In this document: positions 16,615-29,539 of the stretch, one piece after another
Position numbering within the stretch: the stretch's first letter is position 1
How the letters are laid out: each line of letters begins with the position of its first letter
Source: Guillardia theta CCMP2712
Lineage: Eukaryota; Protista; Cryptophyta
DNA: 64,000 bases
Reading direction: 5' to 3'
NCBI RefSeq assembly: GCF_000315625.1
Contig: NW_005434622.1
Span: 463,697-527,696, forward strand
Notes under the pieces: model-generated
Told to the model about the DNA's origin: nothing
Databases searched by the model: none
What the model saw: the letters and a program-made list of their open reading frames with translations, nothing else
Translations under genes and position numbers: made by a program

Positions 16615-19600
16615 ATGAAGTCTTTTTTCTCCTTCTTGTGAGATAAACTTTATTTTCACTTCAACTTTTCTGGATTCAACTCTGAAATTCCTAATTCGCA
16701 GACTATGTTGCATTTTAATGCTACAGCTTTTACCCGTTCAGATGTTCTCGATCGCTGCGATGAAAGAGCAAACGAACCCCCCGAAAGGTTGTCCACCCAT
16801 ACTTCATGGTGCGATTGTAGTTGCTACTGTCTGCTGTGCTTTTGACACAACGATCACAGCCTCGAGACTGCGAGGCGGAGGACACGAAACAGTCTTCTCG
16901 TCAAAGTTTCTGAGGTGGATGAAAGTCTGTACTGCTGAGTTCATCTTATTTCATGCTAGTTCTGAGCTGGGGAATGATGGTCCAAACGACAATGTGCCAG
17001 GTTTGTTGTATCTTGTCTGCATCCGCCATGATTTCTGGTTTCTGGTAGAGCAAGCATCCAACCAGGCAGCAGGTCAAGATACGGATGCAAACCAGGGCAC
17101 AGCAAATGCGGGAAGGATGGCGGAGGACTCAAAATCTTTGGACCTTGAATTCACGTCGTCATCTGCAGGTTCGATGGTTCTTGAGAGTGCGGTGCTAACA
17201 TCGACTCAGGTCAACAGTATCCGCGAAGAGCTGAACAGTCACAAGGCAGATATGGAAGGCCTTCGCGTGGACGATTTTCAAGGGGATCACGAGGAAATTA
17301 CAGAAATTTTGGAGAGAATCCTGAGGATGGGAATTCGAGGACATGGAGTGAGAGTGGAATTCTGCTCGCCTTCGAACGATGACAGATCCATTTGATCGCA
17401 GCACGAGAAATGCCAGAGCCTCTCTCGCATTCCAGACCCACTCGATTTAACAGTCTCGACGAAGATAAGTGAGTGACATTGGGCTGCCTTTCTGGATCTG
17501 AACATTGTCATGTAGGATGAAAAGGCTGGAGAGGCTCATGTCGGAGGATCTTGATGCCCCAAGGAGGGAAGACTTCGGGCCAGGCTCAAGAACTTTTTCA
17601 GCACCTCTGACAGGGGCAAATGCTGTGGATTTGGATGTGAATAATGTGGCTTTATACTTCAAATCGTGATGATTTGCCGGCAGCCAAACGACCAACCAAA
17701 GCAGAGGCCCGATAACCTTGAACCTGTCTTCACCCGACAAGATGATGCACCAAGTTTGTGCCATGACGTCTGACATGCTCGTGTATAATTTGCTTCTAGA
17801 TCTGCCCGAAAGGCGACCTTCCAGAGAATCTGAGGGAGCGGCAAGGGCTGGTGTCCACCCTTCAAGACTTTCAGCTATGGCAGAAGAGGTTTATTCTTCG
17901 GCACCACCACCCCAGCCACGTCGGTACCTTGGTGGAAGGTGAATCCATCTTGAACCGCGAGAGATAGATAATGCTGTATACGTCAGAGGAGGAGGGGATA
18001 GAGGAAGGGGAGGAATGCGAACAGGTATGCTTAGCGAGGAAGCTGCATCAACCAGAGCTCCGGCTTTTGGTGGACGAGGAGGGAGACCCACATTGGGGTT
18101 TGATACACGCAATGAGCGAGAATATCAGGTGGCTTTCAATTTTCATCGTGCTGTTGATGAGAAAAGACAAGACGGTTCACACTTATTTTCAGCGCGGTTT
18201 GTTCTACGATCAATGGAAAGTTGCGAGGGATGTAGACCTTGACATAACTCAAGTACTGAGAAAATGCGAAAAACTTGCACCTTGTCCCAGAGTGAGATTT
18301 TCGTATAGGTTCTTCAAAGGAAAAAACCAGCTGAAAAGACTTCTGCTACCACCAGCGTTGAAGACATGGGAGTCGATGAGGTTTCAAGCTGGATGATGAG
18401 TCTGGAATTACCAGTCAATGCCATAGAAATAGTCAAGAAGGTGGGTGGTCAAACGTTTGATGTTGACATTAGATAACGTGATTCTGTATGTGCAGGAGGG
18501 ACTGAATGGCAAGGATGTTGCTGCATTGACTGTTGAGGAGATGGAGACTGAACTGGGACTCAGCAGGTCTTGTATGCCCATTTTTTTGATCTTTTTTGAA
18601 GAGGATTCAGATTACAAGCTAAGAAGCTGATGAATCGCATACAAGAATTCAAAAAGCCGGCCGAAGTGAAGGAAGCTGCCTCAAAGGTGGTCTTCGTCCA
18701 ATTATATCCCTTCCTGACACACTCAAAAGTCGATGGAACTTCGGGGTCTGCAGCCGTTGAATGCTCGGAAAGACTCAAACATGGTACAGAAGTCACAAGG
18801 CCTCCTTATTTCTGATCCCCCTTGTCAGGATTGGAATGCTGTCTTGGACGAAAAGGAGTCAGCGACAACTTATGACTCAAAGACGGACGCGTATGAGTAT
18901 GAGCAGGCTTCCGGAACAATAACGGAGAAAGAGGCTAAGAAGTTGAGGAAGCAGATTCGAGACCTCAAACGACAGAAGAAAGTCTCGGAAGGAGATACCA
19001 AGCAAGCAATCAAGGTACCTACTTTTTACGATACTTTCTCTGTTTCACTGACGGCAACCTTCAGCTTGAGATTGCAAAGCTTGAGGCACTTCTGTCACAA
19101 TCAGAGGTTCGTACACCAGCAGCTTGTTGATCCATTCATTTTGCTTTTCCGTTTCTTCTGAATGAGACAAACTGCAGAGCGAAAAGTTAAACCAGTACCA
19201 AAACTTGACAGAAGACGGTCTGCAATGTAATTGGCATCCAAAGAATACTTAATGTTGACCTGAAGGTGGTGTGCGAATGCGGGTCATCAGCGAAGGAAAA
19301 GGATATCAGCCAGAGAAGTGGGCAAGGGTGTGTGAAATAAATTCTGTCTGCTGAAGTGCTCTGATAAAACTACTTCAGGTTGAAGTTCATTTCACTGGAA
19401 AAGTTCAAGGAGGGGAAATTTTTCACAACACTCGGACTGGGGGATATCCAGTCAAGTTCATCGTGGGTGCGAAGCAAGTGATTCCGGGGCTGGACGTTGG
19501 GATTAAGGCGATGAAGGCTGGTGTGTCACCTAGAGTCATTGTTAACCGGATGGGCTGATGTCTCGTAGGCGGACGGGCTGACTTCATCTTCTCGCCCGAG

Positions 19601-20527
19601 TATGGATACGGATCCAAGGGACGGAAGCCTGTGGATGACGAGCCTGAGGTGAGCTCGCTTGCTCGTTGTGCTGGCTGAGTTGCCCCAGGTCTTGCCTGGA
19701 AGTTGGCTGGAGTATAATGTGGAGCTTATGGCCTTTGAAGCCAAGCCTCTGGGCTTCCCGTTGAGCTCGGCTGCGGACAACAGACCAAGCGTAACCTTTC
19801 ATATTCACAAATCGCTCAGTTGAATGGCCTTAAGCAGGGACAGGGAGCCCCTGATACCCAGGAGGATTTTCCTGCCCTCCCGTCCAGGGATAGAAATCAG
19901 CCAACGGGGGTGGCAGGAACTTCGAACACAGGGAAAGTTATGCAAGGATGGGCAAATGTCGTGAAGAATTCAGCGGCGAAGGTGATTTAAACGAAGCATG
20001 CCCTTGTGTACAACAGTGATGGACCGATTCTGCAGGCAAACGAAACTGTTGTGAAAGAACAAGTTCACAAGAGATCCCATTCAAGTGTTTTTTTCGCTTC
20101 TGTTGATTATATCAAGCTTAAAGCTTTCCGCTCTCTAGGAACTCCTGCTTCGGTCTACCATGGAGGCGGCGAGAACCATCAGACTCCTCTGGTCCCTGCT
20201 AACTGAATATTGGTGACCGACTGATGCCTCCCACAGACCCCAGGGAAGTCACCGAGAAAGCTTCAGGATCTTGACATGCATGCGGGTGACCGTCAGGAGG
20301 CAGCGTCCTCGTTGTGATGTCATTGGCAGCCTTGCTCAACATGGACTCGCTTTCTCTGGACGGCACTGAAGCAACCGAAGAAGAGATTGTCGACTCGGAT
20401 CCAGGTGCTCGAAGGAAAGTTCTTGTTGTATGTGACATTTTCATCTCTCGTAGAACTGGCGGCTCTCGCTGCCGGCAGGTCGACAACGACGAAATTCAAT
20501 CTCGCGCGAGCTGGTAAATTCGTTTGA
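16615..20527 (+). CDS. Signal-peptide-bearing SAM-domain + FKBP-type peptidyl-prolyl isomerase (many exons)
   Basis: Spliced N-terminus MKSFFSFLLCCILMLQLLP (intron 16638-16701). SAM-like EGLNGKDVAALTVEEMETELGLS..RKLMNRIQEF. FKBP motifs VEVHFTGK, PVKFIVGAKQVIPGLDVGIKAM, FSPEYGYG, LEYNVELM. The 3' end is approximate. Confidence 0.75.
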
Positions 20528-20722
20528 AGTGTCTGAGGTTGCTGACATCAACTCAGCTGGTCTGACGAAGCCAAACGAGGGTGGAGAGAGCGATGACTCG
20601 TGAAAATGCAAGGGAAAGAGTTCGTCGCCCGTCCTGCAGCATGTCCTGCCCTCAGCCTTTGGTTCCCAGCTTTCTCCTGTAGGATATGATTCATATTTTT
20701 TCAACTACAAATGTCCAATCAA

Positions 20723-22584
20723 TCAATCAATCCGCCCGCCCCCCATCTCTTTGATCTCAACGATCTCACACATGCTATCAATCAGAACGCCATTAGGATC
20801 AGTCGACTCCCTCAAGTCAAGAGTAACAAGGATGGTCGGAGCTTCGTCCTCAGTCCGAGCTGTCAGAGATAGACAGCAAGACAAGACAGCCAGGCTCAAG
20901 ACTCGCCCATCCATCTCTTCGACATTCTCAGTCTCGTAGAAGACATCCTCTGCCGAGATGTTTCCGAACATTTGATTGATTGCCTTGTCGTGCATGACGG
21001 CCGTCGTTCTAACACTTCCAGAGGAGAAGTCGACAAACGCTCCACACCAGGTGTGGGTGAAAACCTTTTGATTCTTGTCAGCATCAGGGAAGGGACAATG
21101 TCTGCAAGTGAACAGGTCAAACACCTCAAAAAAGTAGAGCCAACTCACTGGCAGAAAGTACTCCCGTCGTGATTGGGGAAAACTGCTCGAAGGCAACTGG
21201 CGCAGGACAGCACAAGAAATTCTCTGACTTCATGCAAGCATTTTATGTCATTCATCTGCCTTTCGCTTCCATCTTCCAACAGAAATCTCAAGTCATGGAT
21301 CTGAATTCTTTCGCACACACGCGCCCTGCAACCTGTCGTAGTCGTCACATCATTCCCTGCACATCCTATTTGGGTTACCGCTTCCCAGCAGGTCGCAAAG
21401 GTGCTTGTTCGTTTCTTGAGGGTCTGCAGGAGGTGTCTTGGATTTGTTTCGACGATGATGGATTGCATTGCTCTTGTCTAATGCGATGATGCACACGGTG
21501 TTGGATCTCGTGCTGAGGACGATGTCTTCGTTCTGTTGGAGGTCAACATAAGCCCCATGGAGCTGAACGAAGAAGACGCTGTTCAACAACTCTTCATGCG
21601 TCAAGCTAGAGAGCGTCATCGATAAATCTTTGCAGCGTGCGATGTCAATTAGGACCTTGACGTGACATCCCGCATATCCATCCCCGCCACCTGAATCAAA
21701 GTTCGCGTTGGTTACAAATGCGGCGATCTAGGTCGAGATTTGATTAGTTCAGCCATCATGAACTCTATTAGCGCACCTTGGAAACTTTTTTCCCGATTCG
21801 AATGTTCATGATTGAAGTGACAGCTTCTTTTGTAAAGAGAAGGCATCCACACACATTCGCTGTTGCCCCAAGGTGTTGAAACAAATCTTGAATTCTCGTG
21901 AAATGTATTTCTTGCTTTCCATCGATTGAGGAGTTTCGACCCAGCATTGTCAAGATCCTTTGACAAGCTCCATGACAGGTGTCCTTGCACGAAGCAAGAT
22001 GCTGCATGCCGATTCCGAGCAAGGTTTGACCCCTCGCAGATTTTACATGCTTTGTCTCATTCCAAGCGCTGGCCCTCTTGCCACAGGATCGGGATGAACT
22101 CTGACGAGGGATTCCTCCCTGTTTCACCCACTCCATGATCTTGTTTGCACATTCTGTGGTAGCTTTTGACACGTTCTTATCCATTCCCGGCCCTGTCACC
22201 CACTGCTGGTTGAAAACAAAGGTTTAGTTTGCGAACGGCACCGAGAAGTCAAAAGCTTACGCATGAGGAGGAATTCAGATTGCAAGCATCCTTCAATCGA
22301 AATAGAATGCGAAGATACGATGATCCAACGATTGAAAAGTCTGAAGAGTAAGTTCTATACAAGGAGTGTCTTCCTCCATTGATCAACACGACATCACCTA
22401 GTAACACCCCTCCATGGACCGCCCAGTGAGCTCTCCTTCCCCATAGCTTGAGACAGGCTGAGGTTGGGGAACAGAACTTGGAGAGGGATGTTGAAGACAT
22501 CTCGTCCTCTTGGATCACTTCGAGAGACAGCATCGCCAAGCTTCCTTCCTCTTTGATGTTTCGCACTACACCCACCGCCTGCAT
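20723..22584 (-). CDS. Multi-OB-fold ssDNA-binding protein, SHLD2 (FAM35A)/RPA1-like
   Basis: N-terminal OB motif CLKLWGRRAHW...LLGDVVLI. C-terminal OB with zinc ribbon CASC...TCRHC, then KAINQMFGNISAED and terminal TDPNGVLID, matching my recollection of the SHLD2 C-terminal pattern. Confidence 0.6.
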
Positions 22585-22599
22585 GTTCCTGCCTAGAAC

Positions 22600-22800
22600 A
22601 GCCTGGCCCGGCACAAGTACACTACTCGGTAATTACTGTCAGGGCCCGGGCCGGGCCCGGCGCCGCGGGCGGCGGGCGGCCGCTCTGGCAGCTGCGCCGG
22701 CGGGGCTGGCACAGGCTGAGGCCGTCGGATGTACGGACCGTTAGAGAAATGAGTCACTGGTACTGAGCTAAAAAATAATCGGTACTGAGCACACGGAACG
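22600..22800. promoter_or_regulatory. GC-rich island upstream of the SHLD2-like gene
   Basis: GGCCCGGGCCGGGCCCGG tract and TGAGTCA at about 22750, just upstream of the ATG at 22584. Confidence 0.5.
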
Positions 22801-22855
22801 GTCACAGTATTTGACATTTATTCACATTCAGTGGAGCCAACTTCATATCAAGCTC

Positions 22856-24836
22856 TCATATGTTCACTCGCTTCAACTGGTCTGACAATTTCTCTTTGGC
22901 CCTAATTACATACCAAAGTCAGTCGCAGCAAGGTTTTGACTAGGGTTGCACGCGTACTCTTGCTTCAGCCTTTGAAACTCTTGGATTTGCTTGTCATACT
23001 CTTCCTGGATCTGTCGCGCGTTTCTACAAGAACAGAATGACCGTCAAGAGATCGCTAGACGATTTATGCCCGGCCAACTCACCGCAGCGCCTTTGCATCG
23101 AGCCCGTTATAGATCGTCCTGAGAAGAACGCGGTGAGATGCTTTTGACTACAATAAAAACATAAAGTCTAACTTCACGTGCACGCATGTCACACGCCCAG
23201 CAATTCCTCTGAGAGGGACATCTTCAAAACAAGATCAAAACTTGATTTGTTTATCAAGGATGAGAAAAACCCGCTTTCCTTCTCGGAAACATCCTGTACA
23301 ATAAAAATCAGTAACAGGGTTTCAGCGAGGGGAGGACGCACTCGACGCATCCATGTTCTTGAAGGTACTTAGTATTCATGTAGGCCTCGTCTGTGTAGAG
23401 TTCGTCAAAGTGTCTTCCGGCCTGCTTGTTTCAGATTTGCAACATACCGGCGATGATGGCTTCTCCTATCAGCTCGTCACCTACAATTTGATTGGAGACA
23501 CCAGACAATGTCGAGAACAGTTGTAGTTTGATGGGAAGGGCATGTGTCACTGGAAGCTGTAAGACGTACAAGAAGACACGTCAACGAGGAACCCTCATGG
23601 GAGACTCACTCGAAGTGTATGATGAAACATGGGAAACTCACTCGAACTGTATGATAATGAAACATGGGAAACTCACTCGAAGTGTATGATGAAACGATGG
23701 ATTCAGTGTGTTTGAGGCAGCTGCTGTTCTTAATCTGCTATCTCCCACTCGACACTCGACATAGTAATCACCAAATACCTGATGAGACGAGTGAGATCCT
23801 GGTGGGCAACAAAAGAACAATTATGCTCACCGAGCCCATGAAGCCTGACAACATTCCACCAAGATCCAGTGTGTTCTTCACCTGAATCATGAGTTGGACA
23901 TAGATCGGGCAAGATTGCGGGATAACTCACTGGTATGTTTTTGACTTGAAGGATTGTCACATCAACAAAGCCAGGCGGCGGTTGGGTGGTGATGGGTGAG
24001 ACCTCGGAGCGCTGACTTCCAGGCATGGAATGATCGATGGTGACAAGGCGATGAACCTGGACTCTCACGGCAGATTCTCTCTTGTCAATGCTTCTTCTGT
24101 GCCTTGGAATCGCAACATCCGATTGCTGCGTCAACCGCTCTTCCCTGTCCACCGCTGCCACTGCAGGAATGTCGCGGTGTCGAGCTACAGCAGGATCGCT
24201 TCCTGGTTCATCACGCGCACGAGACATTCTCAAGCAAAGATGCACTTGCGGCGCGAACTTTCCCTTGCGAAGATTCTCTTCACCCTGCGAGGAATCAGGA
24301 GCAACATGCCCGACAGCTGTGCTGGAGTGACCTGCACGACGACCAGGGGGAACCAGGCTTTGAGCTGCATGCCTGAGCGAACCAGCTCCTGGACAGGAAA
24401 GGGTTCCATGGCAGCGAGAAACTTCCCTTTTTGAACGCTAGAAACAGCAAAGCGAACCAAATGCGATTCGAACTGACCGGTGGAGATGATCCAAGTGAAG
24501 CTGCAGGACGCTGAGATTCAGTCGCAGAGGACATGGCATGAGGGCAAACCTGCAATCTCTCCATCTCACTTCTCCATCGTCATCAAACGGTCCTGAGGAC
24601 TCCTTCAAGCTCCTGCATAAAGCCTTCAACGGTCCAGCAAGGAGGGATGTGAAACATTTGACATTTACTTGAACTCTTCTCCATCGCTGTCACAAGATAT
24701 GACAGCACAAAGCCCACCTGTCACTGATGGGCTCAGGCAAGCATGGCAGGTCTCCTGCCATCCTCTCCTCACCTGCCATGCTTCCCATGCCCTCCAGCCC
24801 TCGGCATCCTCCGACAACCCCGCTCAGCGTCCACAT
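22856..24836 (-). CDS. C2-domain protein (two C2-like domains, coiled-coil C-terminus; multi-exon)
   Basis: MWTLSGVVGGCRGL...DGEEFKS...VRW; QLKAWFPLV; GFVDVTILQVKNIP...DYYVECRVGDSRLRTAAASNTLNPSF; GDELIGEA. Both ends are approximate. Confidence 0.65.
23596..23695. repeat. Three-copy tandem repeat (32/35/32 nt) spanning an exon-intron junction
   Basis: catgggaRactcactcgaaStgtatgat(aat)gaaa x3. On the minus strand each copy carries GTGAGT. Confidence 0.9.
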
Positions 24837-24931
24837 TGACACACTGGTCAACCCCTACCCCCTACCCCCTGAAATACCATTCTACTCACCCCCGCCTTTG
24901 TGACCATCTGAGGCGGGCTGGCTGTATCAAA

Positions 24932-26739
24932 ATGCCGCACAACTATCAAGACATGCAGGAGAGCGAGGAAGAAGGGGAGGGAGGGGGAGAAGAAGAAGGG
25001 GAGAGAGTGAGAGGAGCAGCAGCGACAGACGGAGGGGATGGGCGAGATATATTTGAGGCCATCAATGAGGCGTTTGAAGGAAGGGAGGCGAGTTTCGTAG
25101 AGTTGGATCTTGTCCACTCCGATGGTCCAATGGAGGCAGAAATGCTCGAGCAGCTGTGCGGCTCATCATGCTCTAGCGATGAAACTTTCACCATACGAAA
25201 GGGAGCCGTCGTCGTGATAGGAGACCGTCTCGCCATCGGTCAATGGTGCATCCCAAGGCTGCTGAGGTTCGTGAAACAGAACCTGAACGATTGTGCGTAC
25301 TTTTGATACCAACAGCGAGCAATTCCAATCAAAGTGTGTCGTTTGCAGGGGCCACATGTCAGGATTCTTCGAATGTGAAGCAGCTCATTCATCTGACCCG
25401 CGCACTCCTCCTCATCGTTGCTGATCACGCGACAGCATGGAATCACAGGTAGAGTTTGTTGATCGGATTATCCTTTTGTCATCGGCTCAAAATGTACGCA
25501 AGGAAGCGAATGATAAGGGGAAAGCATATCGAACTTCTGCACGAAATAGACTTCATAAACCTTGTGAGAATTCATCGGAATTTCTCTCTTGATTGCTGAA
25601 CTTGGAGCAATGAAAGGTCCAAACCAAGTTCCCCAAGAGTCAGGAAGTTTGGTCACACCGGAAATGGGTTGTTGCAAACATGTTGAAGAGCACAGACGGT
25701 TGGATTATATCTAGACCTCTTGCTGACAACTGTCTGTAACGACATCATTCGCAGATGTAGAAGATTTCCTTGAGAAAGAGATCCAAGCAACAGCTCGAGC
25801 TGCGACTCTTTACCCCAAGAACTACTACGCTTGGACGCACAGGTGAGAGTCTGTGTGCGAATGAAAGACAAGAATATATCTTGATGCTCTCTTGCTCGAG
25901 GAATCTCATCGTTCCTCAAGGTACTGGGTCACTACTCGAATGCAGTCAGTGCCCGAATGTGAAGCGAAGGCCGAAGACGTTCGCAGGTAGAGGATACAAG
26001 TGTGAGAAGGGAACCTGTCGGAGACTGAAGAGACCTCGCTCTTCAGATTCTGCAGGCTGAATGTCTCAGACTCAGCTGCTCACAGCTTCCGGACTTCTCT
26101 GCTCGCGTTTCGTGCGTACAGATGGCTGGAGGACGGGCAACGACGCGACGAACATATGGTGGACATGATCCGAAACGAATTGAATCACTGCATCACAACA
26201 CTCGTGAGTTCCACCTCGCCAGGTTTCTTCATCTGACTGATCGTGCATGACAGGATCAGCATCCTGCCCATGAGTCTGTCTGGATCGCCTTGCAAGGGGT
26301 GCTTCATGTCTGCGGGCAATGCCTCGTTGACGAGAGAGTGAAAGTTAAGATCATACCGACGATCTTTCTGCCGTTGGTCGGAAGTAGCGACCTGATGGAG
26401 GAGCTGCGGGCATGGGAGCTTTTCCTGCGAGACAGCAAGTCCTCCGCGTCCTCCTCGGGCTCGCAAGGCAGCAAGTGGCGAGCAAGAGACCTCTTGTTGG
26501 CCTGGGCCCTCCAGTTCGCAAGGTCGCACGTGCATTTTGATGATCCGACTGCAACAGACAACTCTCATGCACTGAGGTTTGCCGCTAAGACGCTGAGCAA
26601 GGTGGACCAGCAGAATCTCCTCTCCTCCCCGCACGAGAAGCCCGTTGAAGCTGTTCTTCACCTCAAGGCCGAAATCCTCCGTCTGCTGATCTGCGTTTGC
26701 CCCATGCAAGAACAAGCTTGGCGATCCATGGCTAACTAG
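24932..26739 (+). CDS. PTAR1: Protein prenyltransferase alpha-subunit repeat protein (PTAR1-like)
   Basis: LTRALLLIVADHATAWNHR, ATARAATLYPKNYYAWTHR and HPAHESVW are PFTA repeats in PTAR1 order. Multi-exon. Confidence 0.8.
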
Positions 26740-26804
26740 CAGACACCCTGTACAGAATTATATCTCTCTCTTCCTTCTCTTTAGTACAATTAATCGTATC
26801 AAAA

Positions 26805-29487
26805 TCAGGCATCGTCTTCCTCCCCGTCCTCCTCCCCGTCCAAGTTCATCAACGCTGCCGCCTGAACCAGCATCAGTCTATCACATACCAGTCAATGGGT
26901 TAACGAGACCTTCTCCATGTAAGCTGCGGCCTTCTCTCGTCTGTCTGCATCTGAGAGGTTCGAAACTTCATCTCGGGCCATCCTAAAGGACCGTCAAACA
27001 AGCCGAGGGGCTGCAGGAACGACCTTAGCATGCCAAACAGCTGAGAAAGGTCATCGTCCTTAGCATCCACATCCTCATGTTCCTTGTGTTTCTGCTCCTT
27101 GCTGGCAAGCTCTCTCTGAGCGATGGCTCGAGCCTCAGCCTTGGCGTCTTTGAGCGTTTGGAGCTTAACATCTCGTCAAGCAAGCAAGTCCTCGCCTTCG
27201 CTTGCTTACCACGTTCTTGTCTCCTGGTTGGATCTCCTCCGCCATCTCCAGGTCTCGGATGGCCCAACACAGTAGAGCATCACGTGACGGGAGCGTCTTG
27301 TCGCCTCCCGATCGCTCTGACCGCTTGTCCTTGGCGTCTCCTTCGGCCTCTGAGTTCAAAAAGGCCTGAGCTCGCCTGCCGCAGCTTGTTAGGAGGAGCA
27401 TCGACAGCATCTCGCCGTTGCCTGTACAGCGCCTTGGCATTTCTACCATCCAAAGAGAGCGCGCTGTTGCAGTGATCGATTGCTGTCTGCATCTGTTCCT
27501 TGGATAGCTTGATGCACATGTCATCAAGAAGAAACCAACCTGATGAATTCACCTTCAAAGCACATGCAGCTGAATTGAGATGAGACACCAAAGTAAGTTG
27601 CCGCGCTTTGTCCAACCAAAACTTTCCCTTCTCGCCATTCCAGAACTTTTATGGAAAAATGGTCAGCAATTACTATGTTGAACGCTTTTACATTACCTGC
27701 TTCATCATGGATATTGTAATCGAGTATTTCAGCAGCGCATCTTCATACTTTTTGCTCTTGAAGAGTTCATTGCCCTCCTCCTTTTGCTCCTCTGCTCCAG
27801 AAAGCAACTGGACGCAACGAAATTTACATGCAAGCACAAGCATCTCAAAGAGACCTCATGAAAGTAATCGGTTCTCTGACATCCCTTTTGCATTGATCTG
27901 CATTCATGTAAACATAATCGTGAAAGGGTACAGAATCATAGAACAAATTTGGACTGATCCATTAATCAAGAGTGTTGAAATGATTGCACAGGTGTATTGG
28001 TTGCCGGCTAATGAGAAATTTACCTCAGTGCAGCAGGAACAACACAATTTTCCAGCCATTGCGCAACGTTTTCCTATCAAAGATTACCGACTTTGCTCGT
28101 GTAGGAAAGTAGCTTACTTTGGATTCCATGATCCGGATGTAGAAGCGGCTTGTTCCTTCAGCAACACAAGATTCTAACAGGCTCCTACGACAGCACATTA
28201 ACGCTCTAGTACTGTAAGGAATTCCATCCCACCAAACAATGGCGATAGGGAGAGCCTGTCCGATGTCTCCTTGGTGCTCCACCATCAGGCCCCACAAGAA
28301 GTTTCTGACAGAAAGTTGTAGCAAATGTAGATTCTCGTTGATGACAATGTGTGTGGTGGATAAGAACTGCATTGAAAGGAATGACTCGTCTTAAAGAACC
28401 AAATGGTTTTCTACCTGGGCCACGATCGGCAAGGCATGTGCGCGGTTGATGTGAACCGCAGCGTTCGCCCCGACTGAAATCTGGTCCAAGATTGAAGAGT
28501 CAAGAAAGAAATTCTCAGTCTTCATGTCAGGCCGTCGGATCATCTCGAAGATCTCTACGAGCAGTTCCTTCTGCGCTTCAGTCGGCTGCATGGCATCCAC
28601 GACTTCTTGCAGAGGTTTGTCCGCCTCTATGACGACATCTGAATCTCTTAGACTTGCAGCACTAGCTGCAATGCTGTGTTGCACCTCTGGTTCTCCCCTG
28701 CTCCGCTCCTCTTCCTCGTCAACTTGCAACTTGTTCCACCTGTCATAGTTGATCTCAAGACGAGGACCTGAATGCACGTCGTCATAAACCCAGGAGACGT
28801 CTCCACACACAGGGGCTTACCTGCTTGCTTCTTGTCCTCCTTCCTGACCAAGTTTGACCATGTGTGATTGCCAACAGCTTCCACAACACGATCGAGGCCC
28901 TCACTGTCCCGATCGTATGTGAAACGATCTTGAAGTGCTGAGCAGTGAACGAATTCGATCTGGTGCAGAATGCACCAGTTCTCAGCATCCTGCAGGAGTT
29001 CGCTGGGGTCTCCTTTGAGGAGATCAGTTTTGTTTGCCACACATATGAGAAGATCAAGGTCAAGTTGGTCAAGTAGGGAAAGCCATTGCTGAAAGGACTG
29101 AAAGCCTTCCTCCTGTGAGCTGTCGTAGACGAGAATCAAGCCCTGTGCTGATTGTCACACAGGGAAAGCGCAAACAAAACTCAGGAAAGAATATTTTGAA
29201 AGGCATCAGAACCTGAACTCACTCACCTCGATCTCTTTCTCACCCCGTTCTTCCCGAACCTCGTCGACGGAATGCACTACCTTCACCTTCACTTCCGCAT
29301 TGAAGTACTTGTTCTCGACATGGAGCACAGTCGAATCACGGGCTGCTCTCGAGACTGAGATCGAAGGGAATGGTGGCCTGTGCTCTCCTGCCAGTCGCCC
29401 CAGCAGGGTTCTCTTCCCTGCTCCCTGCTCCCCCGCAATCACGAGCTGCATGTCCACATACTCATCACACTTCTGTGCCCGCCTCAT
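26805..29487 (-). CDS. AAGAB: Alpha/gamma-adaptin-binding protein p34 (AAGAB/Irc6) with internal TPR insertion
   Basis: Pseudo-GTPase: GEQGAGKRTL, ENKYFNAEV, CVANKTD, WCILHQIEFV, EGLDRVVEAVGNHTWSNL. TPR: KEEGNELFK..LNSAACALK..NAKALYRRAQA. AAGAB-type C-terminus: LSQLFGMLRMARDEVSNLSDADRREKAA. The start could be 29451. Confidence 0.8.
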
Positions 29488-29539
29488 TGATATCCTTCTA
29501 CACGCCAATTCGAAGCTGAATTCTAACTTCCGAAATTCG

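Noticed and set aside
23596-23695. Mini-CRISPR (32-nt repeats)
   Set aside because: No spacers; it is a tandem duplication of a splice junction.
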